Below, piece after piece: positions 10,442 through 24,003 of a stretch of 64,000 bases of DNA (position 1 is the stretch's first letter; every line of letters begins with the position of its first letter). A model generated the notes under the pieces. That model did no database searches and was not told the DNA's origin. It saw only the letters and a program-made list of their open reading frames with translations. Origin of the DNA: Eledone cirrhosa (taxonomy: Eukaryota); assembly GCA_964016885.1 (NCBI GenBank), contig CAXHJY010001606.1, forward strand, positions 1 to 64,000, read 5' to 3'. Both the position numbers and the translations under genes were made by a program.

Positions 10442-12304
10442 ATCATCATCATCATCAACGTTTAACGTCCGTGTTCCACGCTTGCATGGGTTTGGACGGG
10501 GGTATTCCCACTTGAGACAAGAGTGATTGTCTTGCTCGCATAGGACTGTCTGGCAGGTTTTCTACAGTTGGATGCCCTTCCTAACACCAACCACATTTAC
10601 AGTGTGGGTCTGGGAGGTTTTTACCGTGTTGCCTACACGGCCACATTACAGCGTGGACTGTGTTTTTTTTGTCGTGACACCTACACGATCTCATTTGTTT
10701 CGGCCTGGATGGTGTGGCACCAACATAACTTTACATAGGAGGGGTGGTGGGACGGGGGTGTATTTTGTTAGAGATGCCTACTGGCTGTAGTAGGTTTTAC
10801 TATGTATTTAGGTAAGTCGGGTCTTCTCTATTACTGAGTACCGCCAAAGGTCCAGTGACATTGTCTTGGAGAGGTGTAAGTGTGTGAGGTCGGAGTTTAT
10901 AAGCTCGTCCCAGGTTTTTCTAGGTCTGCCTATTCCGTGGCTACCGTCTATCTTTATTGACCTGCACTTTGTTATACAGCTATCGACTTTCATGCGCATC
11001 ACGTGTCCATACCAACGTAGCCTTCTCTCGAGTAAACAACATCTGATCCCTCTTATTTCTAATTTTTTCCTTAGTTCGTTTATGCTTTGCCGTTCACGTA
11101 TATTACTATTACACATCCAGCGGAGCATGCAAGCTTCGTTCCTCTCTAGTCTGCGTATATCCTCTGCACACAATGCCCAGGTCTCACTGCCATGCAACAT
11201 TGCTGTTCGTATGCAGGCATCATACAACCTGCCTTTCATTTTTAGGGAGAACCCTTTAGCGGCTAATAGTGGTATAAGCTCTCTGAACTTTTTCCATCCA
11301 GTTCTGACTCCAGCTACTGTACTTTCAGAGCACCCTCCCCCACTGCTGATTTTGTCACCCAGGTAACGGAAGCTGTCCACTATTTCTATAGAGCCCTCTG
11401 TTGAAAGAGCTAGTATTTTGTGGGCACTTGCTGCTACTTATTGCACCAGAGCACCGGCCACATGTGAAATCTATGTTCTTAGTTAGCTTACCTGTGATCC
11501 CACTACATCTTTTATGCACCCATACTTTGCATTTCTGACACAAAATGGAGTTTCTACCTACGCCTTTCCTACACACTGAGCATGGCCACTTCCCGGAAGG
11601 GACCGCCGCCTTATTTTCTTTCCTACAAACTAGAACTTTAGTCTTAGCCAGATTAATTTTAAGGCCTTTTGATTCTAGGCCGTGCTTCCATGTTTGGAAT
11701 TTCTTCTCTAGTTCGGCCATTGATTCAGCTATCAATGTTAGGTCGTCTGCGTATAGGAGTTCCCATGGGCAGCCGGTCTTGAACTCCTCTGTTATAGCCT
11801 GAAGGGCAATAATAAATAGTAAGGGGCTGAGAACAGAGCCCTGATGGACGCCAACTTTTACGCTAAACTCTTCACTATATTCGTTGTTAATTCTAACCTT
11901 GCTGACTGTTTCTTTATACATGGCTTGTATAGCTCTCACAAGCCATTCGTCGACACCTAGTTTTCTAAGAGCCCACCAGATAATGGAACGGGGGACTCTG
12001 TCGAAGGCTTTCTCCAAGTCGACAAAAGCTAAGTAGAGGGGTTTACCTTTAGCTAGGTACTTCTCCTGTAGTTGTCGTACAATGAAAAGAGCGTCTGTGG
12101 TACTTTTGCCTGACACAAACCCGAACTGCATTTCATCTAGGTCAATTCTCTCTCTGATTAGTTGCGCTATTACTTTTTCCGTGACCTTCATGACCTGGTC
12201 GATTAATTTAATGCCTCTATAGTTACTCCTATCTAGGGCATCTCCTTTACCCTTATAACAGTTAACGATGATGCTGCTACGCCAGTCCTTCGGAACAACC
12301 CCAT
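10442..12304 (-). pseudogene. RTE LINE, 5'-truncated, frameshifted (subfamily 1)
   Basis: ORFs 11355-12191 and 10808-11380 are nearly identical to 6304-8436. A 5-bp deletion (CGCAA) at ~11400 causes the frameshift. Confidence 0.92.
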
Positions 12305-13544
12305 ATATATATATTTATATATATATATATATATTTTATATATATATATATTTATATATATATATATGTGTGTGTGTATGGATATATATATACACATCAT
12401 CAGTATCATTATCATCATTACTTTTACATCTGCTTTCCCAAGTTACCATGGGTTGGTCTACAATTTTGAGGTAATATTTTAGTCCGATTTCCTTCATGAT
12501 AACAACCTTTTTAGTCATACATACATAATTCTTTGACTGGTTTCAACCATTGAACTATGACAATGTTGGGTCACCTCCACTCATACCAACCCCTAATTCT
12601 TTTTTGCCCATCTTCCTCAAGACTTTAGTCAATCATATTGCCCCTAGTTCGTATTTATCCACTTTGTTTCAGAACTCCGTCTATCATATTGCACCCTGTT
12701 CTTTTGTCAACCTCATTCAAGGTCTTAGTCAATTATACAACCCCTCAGGTCTGAACAGCTGATTTATTTCAGAGAAGGAAAGAGAGCGTGTGAGAGAGAG
12801 AGGGGGGTGCGAATGAGATACAGAGAAAGAATCAACCCCAGTATTGGACTGGTATTTTTTACCGACTTCAAAACGATAAAAGCCAAAGTTGATCTCAACA
12901 GGATTTGAACTCAGAGTGAAGGAATATCACAAGACATTCTATCTGACTCCTACCAGCTCTCATAATTTGCTGCTATTCAACCATATTATTAGCTGTAAAA
13001 ACAAGCTGGCTAAACTAAGGATTTCACTGAATATTTACTATTAAAAAGATTGGCATGTCAGAAGCAATGATTATATAATGAATGTTTGACTCAAATGAAT
13101 TTAAATTTTATGAATTTTATAGAGCTGCTTTTGTTTTGATGACAACAGAAATTATCCTTGTCATCAAAACAAAACAAAATTTTCCTTTGATTTTTTTCTC
13201 AAATATTTTTTGGGGTTTCGATTTTTTTTTCTTTTTCTTTTTAAATCAATTTGCCTGACATTGAATATCTGTCATACTGTAAACTGAAACAATTCTTCAA
13301 GAGGCCCAAACTCTTGTATTTTTTATTTTAACTTTAATACAATAAAGTATAGCCAATTGCTTGATCTTTCTTGTATTTCAATGAGTGATTTACATCACAT
13401 AAAAAAAAAAAATAATAATAATAATTATGAATAAGAAAAAGAAGTAATAGGTGGTTCTCATCCATTTCTCTAAGATCATTAAAGAAATGAGCTAGAGTTA
13501 GCAAACAAGACAACTACATTTATTGGAATGGTCCTCTCTCAGTT

Positions 13545-14232
13545 TTTACAATGAATGTTCCAGTTGTTCAATCAATGAGATAAAATTAATGCGTAATTGG
13601 CTGAGCATTCCAGTTATGTGTTCCCTTAACCTGTTGACTGCCACATATATTTTACACAGCTACAGTTGCTGTGCTTGTCTTTTTTTTTTTTTCAGTAAAA
13701 TGACTATTTTGTTTAACAAATGTTACATCAATAAACTAGTAACCCTATCTAGCTTTGAAGTTATGAACTGTTGGAAGCCAGTTCAAACATGTTAGGATGA
13801 GTTATCTCGTCTATGGCACTGAAGAGGTTAATATAATTTTCAGGAAGATTCAGTTTGACACTGTGTGTGACAAGGCTGACCCTTTGAATTACAGGTGCAG
13901 TCTCTCTTATGGGCTTTAAAACAGTTTCTGTCTACTCAGTTTCACTCCCAAGAGATGGGTAAACCTACGGTAATGAAAAATAACACCTGCCCCAAACTTA
14001 TCCTCTGGGAGATTCAGCAGGACCCAGTGTCTAATGAGGTTGACCCTTTGAATTACAGGTACAGTCCATTCGATATGCTTCCAAACAGTTTTCATCTACC
14101 TCCCTTCACTCATAAGGCATAGGTCAACCCAAGGTTATGGTAAATGACACTTGCTCAAAATGCACACCATAGGATTGATGCTGGGATTTAATGATTTCAG
14201 AGGATACTCCTAAACCATGCAGTTATGCTGTG
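13545..14232 (-). mobile_element. Degenerate long CORE-type SINE (family S3), split by a MITE and with an internal duplication
   Basis: GACCCTTTGAATTACAGGT occurs twice, with GACACTTGCTCAA (CORE) and a degenerate tRNA head. Homologous to 28270-28620 and 34845-35375. Confidence 0.55.
13630..13827. mobile_element. TTAA-flanked piggyBac-type MITE inserted in a SINE
   Basis: TTAA|CCTGTTGACTGCCA ... TGGCACTGAAGAGG|TTAA, imperfect TIRs. Confidence 0.55.
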
Positions 14233-15059
14233 CCCATATCTGTTAACAGAAATCAGCTTCGTAAACTCAGCTAGCTGAGAAGCTTATCTAAAATATGGTC
14301 TTTCAGCTTTTCTTGTTTCTATCCTTCTATGTATAAGTGTTGTCTTTACTATGGTCAAGCACAAGCCATTCTTTTATTCATTCCTTATGTATGGTTTATC
14401 TATTTAATTATTTTTAGTTTTCGATTTTTTTAAATTTATCTATTTATTTATTTTTGCAAATTCTTAACTTTCTGAAAGGCAGCAATTTGGCAGAATGATT
14501 AGAACCTCAGATAGAAGGCTTCACGTTCTTTCCAGCTCATGCACCCTGAATTCAAAACTTGCTAAGGCCAACTTTGCATTTGTTTGTTTTAAAGTTAATA
14601 AAAAAAAACATACAAGTCCAACACTAGGCTCGTTTCTAACTCTCTATATCTATTTCTCACTTCCTCTCTACCATTTTCTCTCCTTCTCACTTCCTCTCTA
14701 CCACTTTCTCTCCTTCTCAAGAAGGATCCAACAGGTTTTAAATGCCCAAAAGACACTGTATGTCACTATGGCACCCCTACAACTTCATAAATAGTTACAG
14801 TTTTATACAATACAATTGCATGGGGCTCGGCTGGTGCTGAAAGACACTGTCTACATTCTAGGCTCTCTAATACTCACTGTAAACTGGTTGGCATAAGGAA
14901 GCCTTAGAAACCAAGCCAAAACAAAGTGCATGAGCAGGACCTAGTCACCTGATCAGTCAGGCAGCTGTCTAACCCATGCAAGCATGGAAAATAGACATTA
15001 AACAGTGATGTTGATGAGGGTATAAACATATAATGTATGTTCATTGATGTATTCATATA

Positions 15060-15131
<72 letters not shown>

Positions 15132-15163
15132 GTATTTGTGTGTGTGTGTCTGTGTATATATAT

Positions 15164-15534
15164 ATATTAAATTCAAATATTAATAAAATAGATGTTCTTG
15201 TGATCAATTAAATTTTATTATACATATTTCAGAGGTACTTGAATCAAGTTCAATAGTACGTCCTCATCAGATAAAATAAAATGATACATGACATACCCTG
15301 ACATGTTAAATGGTTAAGATTTAACATGTCAGAGTATGTCATGTATCATTTTATTTTATCTGATGAGGACGTACTATTGAGGACGTATAATAAAATTTAA
15401 TTGATCACAAGAACATCTATTTTATTAATATTTGAATTTAATATTAATAACTCTGGAAAATATCTTACTGTAGAGTGGTTTCAATCTACTGTAAAACTCA
15501 TTCTTTGATGTACTCATTGAATCTTGTTTAACTC

Positions 15535-15540
<6 letters not shown>
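15164..15540. mobile_element. Family A HHR element as a fold-back (inverted) pair
   Basis: Arms at 15164-15311 and 15319-15444. The minus-strand HHR at 15212-15277 reads ATTTTAT-CTGATGA-GGACGTAC...GTACCTCT-GAAA-TATGTATA-ATAAAAT. Confidence 0.7.
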
Positions 15541-15587
<47 letters not shown>

Positions 15588-15752
15588 ATACATTAACAGA
15601 GAAAGCTTTAAGCAATACTCCGGCCGGCTTCCGTCTCACTCAACAAACATTAGGATATACCTTAGTATAATCCCAATTATACGTTTGGGGTGCTAACTAT
15701 ACGTATTTTACGGATAGCCAGTTGTATTATTTTATGAGACAATTAAAATATT

Positions 15753-15796
<44 letters not shown>

Positions 15797-16266
15797 AGTG
15801 TGTGTGTATCACCTCCATCCCCACTCACACATATATTAAAACTATCAGCGTTACACTCATCATTATTCAGTTTTTAATAGACATTGGGCAGGGTGTTTAA
15901 GGCCGGATGCCCTGCTGATGCTACCCATTTTTTAGTTGACCATTCACATGCAAGTATACTATGACAAAATCTGGGGGGGGGGGGACACATGCATTTGTGT
16001 ATACATACATACGCATATAATACGTACGTACATTCATGCATCTGTGTAAACATACATACATACAAGTACTTTATACTTAAAAAAAGTAGAATGTAGATAT
16101 TCTTATTATTATTCTCTGTCTTGCATTAAAGCCTAACCGTAGGGCAGAGCACCTTATAACGCGTGCGCACACACACACACATATATATATATACACACAC
16201 ATACCTGAACACTGTACATAATTTTATTATTATTATATATATTATATATATAGAGACACACACATA

Positions 16267-16362
16267 CAGGGTGTCCCCCAAAAAATGCACACACACTTCA
16301 ACAGCATTCTAATAAATATTGCCTGTACAGGTAATCAAAGTGTGCATACATTTTTGGGGGAC

Positions 16363-16366
<4 letters not shown>
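16267..16366. mobile_element. 100-bp Tc1/mariner-type MITE
   Basis: TIRs CAGGGTGTCCCCCAAAAAATGCAC / GCATACATTTTTGGGGGACACTG, with TA on the left flank. Confidence 0.65.
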
Positions 16367-16458
<92 letters not shown>

Positions 16459-17508
16459 CGGCCTGCATTGCTGATACGTTCGTGTGTATATCGTAGTAAC
16501 ATATAGTCATACATAAAATATTCGCTATAAATCTTGTTTAAACTCTGCTCACATATTCGCCAAACCTAGTTGTGTAGATATATGTCTATCTGCAGCGAAG
16601 CTTTATAAGTCCAATAAAAATGTTGCAGACACAAGATATTGATTGAGAAATCGATGTATTTTCAATATTAAGAGCAATTTTATTGTTGTTCAGCGGCAGA
16701 AGACTAACAAGGCAAGCGTTAATATGTTAAATGACTTTCCTGTTACCGGAATGTGTTTTTACAGTGGAGATGTAGCAATAAACTTGATAAGTCGTGTTGA
16801 CAAGATAAAAATGAAATATAAAAACGAAATAAAAATAAAAACGAAAGCAAAACATGTCCTGTCATTTAAAGATTACATGATTCCATGTTATACTTCGAAC
16901 ACCTCTAATACAACCACCACCATCATTATCAACATCAACACTATAACCACGACCTCATCTATACCATCACCACCACCTCTCTCGTCTAATTATGTTGGAT
17001 AAGAGCGATGGATTAATGAAATCTCTGTTTGTTCTATCTGGTTTGTGCATGATTTCAAGTAGTATTTATTATACTAGTAATACAGGGTTCGTTTCATCAT
17101 TACTCTTTTCTCTCTTCTATATCAGCTGTTAGATCTGCCAGCTGTAGCTCCCTCCTTCTCTCTCCCCCTTTTCTATATTTATCTCTCCATCTCTCACTCT
17201 CTCCGTCTCTCTCTCTCTCTCTGTCTCTCTCTCTCTCTCAGTCTCTCTCTCTCTCTCAGACACACAGGATAGAATAGAATGTATTTAAAATACTATAGGT
17301 ATATAAAACTTTCAAACATTGACTGATATGAGCACTCAATACAGGTGGGTAGAGTGAAGAAAAGTAACAGTGGCTTCCATGGTCAACAACACACACACAC
17401 ACTTACACCTTTACAGTTAAGGAAACATGAAAATATATTACTACTATATATTTATTCCATTCACAAAGCAATGGGTTAGGAGCTAGTAATATATATATAT
17501 ATATATAT

Positions 17509-17738
17509 AAAAAACATACAGTCCACGCTGTAATGTGGCTGTGTAGGTAACACGGTAAAAACCTCCCAGTCCACACTGTAAACGTGGTTGGTGTTAGGAA
17601 GGGCATCCAGCCGTAGAAAACCCGCCAGACAGTCCTATACGAGCAGGACAACCAATCTTGCCTCAAGTGGGAAAACTCCCGTCCAAACCCATGCAAGCGT
17701 GGAAGATGGACATTAAACGACGATGATGATGATGATGA
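17509..17738 (+). mobile_element. RTE 3'-UTR/tail fragment
   Basis: GGTGTTAGGAAGGGCATCCAGC...(GAT)n. Similar fragments lie at ~1771-1860, 14880-15020, 19170-19380, 20040-20144, 45122-45479 and 51000-51185. Confidence 0.8.
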
Positions 17739-17830
17739 TATATATATATGACTATCCAGGAAGCTCCAACCTTTAAGGTTGTCTTTTTTCAGGGTATGTC
17801 AATATTTATTCATAAAACTAATCTGTATTG

Positions 17831-17896
17831 TATTTTATCTGATGAAAGCGTACCATAATTTGCCTTGGTGGCCCTTGAAATATGTATAATAAAATA
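17831..17896 (+). ncRNA. Minimal hammerhead ribozyme motif (family A element 17750-17940)
   Basis: TATTTTAT-CTGATGA-AAG...CTT-GAAA-TATGTATA-ATAAAATA, with an 8-bp stem I. Confidence 0.7.
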
Positions 17897-18495
17897 AATA
17901 TGGTTTTATAAATATAGTTTCCATTGTTAATATATTGTATATATATATATATGTGTGTGTGTCTATATATGTGTGTGTGTCTATATATGTGTGTGTGTGT
18001 GTCTATATATATGTATGTGTGTGTGTGTGTGTGTCTATATGTGTGTGTGTGTCTATATATGTGTATATGTATGTATGTCTATATGTGTGTGTGTCTATAT
18101 ATGTGTATATGTATGTATGTGCATATGTATATGTGTATGTATATATATATGTATATGTCTGTGTGTAATTATATAGTATATGTGTATTATATATATATAT
18201 ATAAACTGAAAGGAACAACAATTAAAGTAGGGTACTAAATACATCAAGCAGAGAGAGTACTTTGATTTATTAAAAAGTGGCTTTTATTGGAGTAATTCTT
18301 TTTCCTGACACCCAGTATGCTCTATTGCTCTGTTTGCATTATTTCGACATGCAGGGATACAGTGTATCTATTCTAAAAATGTTGTAAGAAATTATTAAAA
18401 GGGTTGGCATGAGTTGACATTTTATTACAGTATCAACACTACCACTTTACAGGGTGTACAAGGTTTATTTTCTGATGGCAATAATATATATATTT

Positions 18496-18540
<45 letters not shown>

Positions 18541-18755
18541 GAAATATATATATATATCTTTACACAAGTATCAATACATAAAAAGTGTTTAACTGATACT
18601 AAGTTTTATTCTATGAAAGAATTAACAAAATTCAACACATTCAGGGCTTAATAAAATCATATATGGGTAATCGTTATTTCCTCAAAGGAACTGCAGTAGG
18701 GACATTAAAGTAAGTAAAGAGTTTTTACTCATCTTGTTTGCTTTTCCCATATATG

Positions 18756-18794
<39 letters not shown>

Positions 18795-19780
18795 TAATTC
18801 CATCATTAAGCAAACAGAAATTGTGCTTGATCGATCGATAAAGATCAAACTTTAAGCTAATCAATTGTGAAAAGCACATCACACCTGAATAAACTTAATG
18901 GTATTTTGACACCTCGTCCATACTTATTATTATTATTACACTTTTCAAATCCCGTTGAGGTTATCTTTGCCTTTCATCCTTATGGAGTCAATAAAATAAA
19001 GTACCAGTAATGCACTGATTATTGCTGGCCTTGTGCCAAAGGTAGAAACAATTATTAATATTACACTTTGCTTAGTACAACCCCAAAGTACATACTGGTG
19101 ACTATCCATTGAGCACTCACTTTGGTGAACCAACAATAAATTGACATTATAATACCTAAACTATATATATCATCATCATTATCATTTAACATCTATCTTC
19201 CACGCTAGCATGGGTTAGACAGGTTTATCCCACATGAGGCAAGTTTGGTCAGGTGACCGTGTCTTGCTCGTATAGGACTATTTCTGGCTGGTTTTCTATG
19301 GCTGGATGCCCTTCCTAACGCCAGCCACATTTACAGTGTGTGCTGGATGTTTTGTGGTACCAACATAACTTTACAAGGAACTCTGTGAGTAAAATCGAGT
19401 TATTTTAGTCGGTCTAGCTTATATCCCAACCAAACAGAGATTTTGACTTAAGTTTTATATATATATCATTGTTTATTTCTTTGTTTCCTTTTATTATACT
19501 CAATGGATGTAGACTCTAATTCAATGGATTTGTTGAACTAATGGAATATCTTTGAATTGTTCCCAGATTGGCAGAATTTTCATTCCACATCATAAATTAA
19601 GCATCTGTATTGAGTGGTGACTGGTTTACACCTTGATTATCTCTCATCATCTAAACCAATATATGATACATATATATGTATATATATAAGGGTATGTGTG
19701 TATCTATATGTGTATATGTATATATATACTGGAATTGAATAATCAAAACCGTAGCGGTATGTCGCATATCCAATCTCTCA

Positions 19781-19847
19781 TATATTTTATCTGATGAAAA
19801 TGTACTTAAACACCATTGTACCTTTGAAATATGTATAATAAAATATA
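19781..19847 (+). ncRNA. Minimal hammerhead ribozyme motif (family A relative, element ~19715-19985)
   Basis: TATATTTTAT-CTGATGA-AAATGTAC...GTACCTTT-GAAA-TATGTATA-ATAAAATATA, with a 10-bp stem I. Confidence 0.72.
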
Positions 19848-19983
19848 TATTTTGGTTATGAGAATGTTTCATTTATTATTATTTTGAATAATATTAAATA
19901 CTCCAGAAAAATTACTGTTGAGTGCTTTTAATCTATTGTAAAATTGTATTCGTTGAATAATCAACGAACCATATAAAATGTGG

Positions 19984-20041
<58 letters not shown>

Positions 20042-20206
20042 CTATGCGAGCAAGACAATCACTCTTGCCTCAAGTGGGACTACCCCCGTCCAAACCCATG
20101 CAAGCGTGGAACACGGACGTTAAACGTTGATGATGATGATGATGTCCCAAGGCTCTGATACCATCAACGCTATAAACACAGAGCTGGCATATCTAAGAAC
20201 TGACTA

Positions 20207-20262
20207 ACTGCCTGATGAGGTCATAGCCATTCAATGGCTATCATCGAAATATATATAGCAGT
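20207..20262 (+). ncRNA. Minimal hammerhead ribozyme motif (distinct family)
   Basis: ACTGC-CTGATGA-GGTC-ATAGCCATT-C-AATGGCTAT-CATC-GAAA-TATATATA-GCAGT. Stem I is ACTGC/GCAGT and stem III is the palindrome ATATATAT. Confidence 0.78.
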
Positions 20263-20871
20263 AAATAAAGGATTATGAGTTCATGCAATTGACTTATGTT
20301 TTCGTCACTATATATATGTATATATATTTATATATGTATATATATTTATATATATTTACATATGTATATATATTTATATATGTATGTATACACGCACACA
20401 CATCATACATCTTTATACTTAAACAAGTCTATCTCATTGGGCTTCTCTTTCATCTTAGTGGCATCTTAAAAGAGCTCTTATATAAATTGTGTTGTGCCCA
20501 GGCAAAAAATGATTATTTGTGAACACAAAGGAGAGACTAGTAAAGTAATGAGTGGGGAGAGGGTAGAGTTTTTGATTTTGCAACAGGAACAGCACATATT
20601 CTGTGTAAGTGCTGAGGGCAAATATGAATTGAGCATACTTCCAAAAAAATGTTTTGACCCTCCCCCCCATTCCCCTGTTTGCAGCTAATTTGCTTTTTAC
20701 CGTTGTGACCCTGACCAAATGTGATCGCTTGAAGGAAAATACAAATAGTATATACAATAATCAAATAGATATCAACTACATTCCCTGTGTGGTTTTTGGC
20801 ATTGGCTGTTTTTGGATACTACCTATTTGAATTGAAGTGCTCCAAATCATACTTTGCAATTCTCCTTTGCC

Positions 20872-21470
20872 TGAAGGTCTGTTCAAGTCTTAATATGTAT
20901 AATGGCAGTAGTGTTAGTGGTGGTGGTGGTGGTTGTAGTAATGACAATAGCGAAGTTTAGAAAACCCATTGATGCACAGATACTTTTGAATGAATGAACA
21001 CAGTAAAGTTGTACGTAGGAGTATATAAGTGAACACCTGTGAATCGGTAAACAGTTTTACCTTAGATCTAAAGTCTATTTTCTTTCTTTTATCAAAGAAG
21101 TTATCTTTTGTATATATTCAAACATCCAATATGGCCAAATCCACCCACTATATAGTTAGTATTATTTATTCAAGAGGGTGATACTTTGTCTAGTTTAGCA
21201 AGTAAACAATCTCTACTAAATCATAATTTCTTTTTTTTATTTTTATTTTTATTTTTATTTTTATTTTTATTTTTATTTTTATTTTTATTTTTATTTTTAT
21301 TTTTATTTTAATTTTTATTTTATATGAATGTATCAACTTATTATAATGTATTGGTAGGGTGATAGAATCTGTGCATCAATGGGTTTTCTAAACTTCGCTA
21401 TTGTCACTACTAAAACCACCACCACAGCCACCACTACCATTACATATATTAACACTTGAACAAACCTTCA
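20872..21470. repeat. Long inverted repeat (~105-bp arms, ~385-bp spacer)
   Basis: 20872-20981 is the reverse complement of 21367-21470, and the inner ~40 bp match perfectly. Confidence 0.8.
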
Positions 21471-21479
21471 CTATCGGTA

Positions 21480-21760
21480 GAGCTTCGTCGTCTTCTACTT
21501 CACCCACTTATTCCTGAGAGGGTCATGGGGGCAGAGTCTTCAAACAACTCCTTCCAGCTGATCCTGTCAGAAGCAACCATCTCCCCAAGCATGTCCAGCC
21601 AAACTAATGGATGTTATCCAACCATCTTACTCGATGTCTATCCCTGGGTCTCCTGCCAGTTGGTTTTGCCCATAAAATATGTCCAGCGATTCTCTCCTGG
21701 GACATTTTAACCACATGCCCATAGTATCGGAGCTGTGATCTCTCAATTTGGAGAGTATTA
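21480..21760 (-). pseudogene. Old RTE-clade LINE C-terminal fragment (different family)
   Basis: The minus strand translates as QLRYYGHVVKMSQERIAGHILWAKPTGRRPRDRHRVRWLDNI. Confidence 0.7.
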
Positions 21761-22030
21761 GACAAAATGCTTTGCAGTAATTTAAATATGATTTACTGTG
21801 TTTTGAGTTCAAATCTCGCTGAGGTCAACTTTACCTTTCTTGTTTTCTGGTTTGATAAAATAAAGTAACAATAACATACTAGGCTCTCTATAATCAACTT
21901 TCATTTGCACAAGACCTTGCTGGACTTGTGCTAATGTTAGAAAAAATTACTAAATATTTCTAAGAAAAGATTAGTAATACATAAATTATCTGTATGGAAG
22001 CCCATCATAGATGTGTATATATATATATCC

Positions 22031-22220
22031 TGTTAAATATAGAAATGGCTTCTACAGGACTAGAACTGTTTCATTCAAAAGAAATCATCGGGAGCTTTCC
22101 TGGTGATTTATTTTTATGAAACAGTTCTAGTCCTGTAGAAGCCATTTCTATATTAAACATGATGTTTACACCCTATTAATGTATTGGTACTCTGGTTACC
22201 ACTATTGAACCCGGGACATA
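22031..22220. mobile_element. Family C HHR-like short element as a fold-back
   Basis: A ~45-bp-arm inverted repeat, AATATAGAAATGGCTTCTACAGGACTAGAACTGTTTCAT and its complement. Homologous to 54330-54512 and 40475-40523. Confidence 0.6.
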
Positions 22221-22226
22221 CACGCT

Positions 22227-22265
<39 letters not shown>

Positions 22266-22785
22266 CATCATTATCACTGCTCTACATCTATATATATGTG
22301 TGTGTGTGTGTGTGTATCTTTTGCTGGGCTATACTATTAAAGGAAATAGACATCAACAAAAGACGGTAAAAGCCATGTTCTGTGATACTGTTATGCACTG
22401 TGTTACCATCAGTTCCTTGTCACTGTTGTCATGAGCAATATAGTTTAGCACTTGTTGTCTCACTGGAATCCTGTAATTAATAATGTTATTTATCGAATAA
22501 TTTAATAAAGAAAGCATTCATGTTCAAAGCAAAAAAATCAAAAAATAGATAAAATAAAAATAGATAAAATAAAGAATTATCAATATTGTATTGTTGGAGA
22601 CTAAATCTTTTATAACCATATTTCTGTTGAAAGATACAACCTGTAATTTTAAAGAAGAAATTGAAAATATGAATTTGAAAGGATTTAGTAATGTTCTCAT
22701 TATTAAGCTAGTGTTTAGAACATAACTAAACAAATTTTTTTTACATAAAATCATGATGGAAAGTTTTAAAATGAATAAAACATTT

Positions 22786-23711
22786 TAACCCTGTAGCATT
22801 TACATTACTCTATATATACTATTGTATTTTCACAATAAAGGCTTTCATCATCATCACCGTTTTACGTCCGTTCTTCCACGCTAGCATGGGTTAGACGGGT
22901 TGTCCTGTTGTGGGCAGTGTCTGGTCGGCTGACCATGCCTTGCTCATACAGGAACTGATTTGGGGGTGATTTCTACAGCTGGATGCCCTTCCTAACACCA
23001 ACCTCATTTACAGTGAGTGCTGGGTGCTTTTTCGTGGCGCCTACACGTCCACTTTACAGTGTGGGCTGGGTGCTTTTTTTCCGTGGCACCTCCACGACCA
23101 CCTTGCGGTGGGGGGTGTGGGGGCATATTGTCTATATGCTTCAGCTTGTACCCATGGAAGGTCGGGTACTCTGTATTACTGCGTGACGCCAGAAGTCACG
23201 GTCGTGTGTCATTGCCTTTGAGAGGTGTAATTGGGTAAGGTCGGCTTTTATCACCTCATCACAGGTCATCTTGGGTCTCCCCACTCCGGTTTCCATCAAC
23301 TTCTAGTGCTCTGCACCTTTTTATGCAGCTGTCATCCTTCATACGCATCACATGTCCATACCAGCACAACCGCCTCTCCTGCACACAGCATTTGATTCCT
23401 CTTATGCTCAGTCTCTCTCTCAATTCATTTATGCTTTGTCGTTCATGTATGTTACTGTTACACATCCATCGGAGCATGCAGGCTTCGTTTCTCTCTAATC
23501 TACGTAAGTCTTCCACCTTCAGCACCCAGGTCTCACTACCATGCAACATTGCTTCATTACTTCACATAATATCGAATCTATGAGATTTTGATATTATTTA
23601 TTTTGAGAACAATACCTTAACATCAGTATGAGTGCCTGGTTACAACCAGTTTTAATAGAAAGAGGTGAGGAATCCTGGACGGATACAGCCATTTAAATGT
23701 TAAAGGGTTAA
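22786..23711. mobile_element. piggyBac-type MITE (family M1) split by an RTE insertion
   Basis: TTAACCCTGTAGCATTTAC at the left end and TTTAAATGTTAAAGGGTTAA at the right. The halves match the reverse complement of 30012-30219. Confidence 0.75.
22846..23553 (-). mobile_element. RTE LINE 3' fragment (subfamily 2)
   Basis: ORF 23259-23549 (MLHGSETW...RLCWYGHVMRM). The 3' UTR is near-identical to 55778-56200. Confidence 0.9.
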
Positions 23712-24003
23712 AACAGGCACTTTTGTATAGTCGAACCAGGCATGGTTTTAGGCAGGTTGGTATCATAAGGGTTAAATCTGTTGCTTCCACTAAAAATCCT
23801 CTGTCAATTACAGCTTGGTTTCATAGGTTAGAAACAAAGATATTAGACATTTCTACTTTATTTTACTGCTTGAATGTAAAATGACATTGCAAATGAGAGA
23901 TATCAACTATTACATCTACCAACATGAACATATAGTAACTAACACCAATAATAATGATAATATAATAATAATAATAACAATAATAATAATAATAGCAATA
24001 ATG

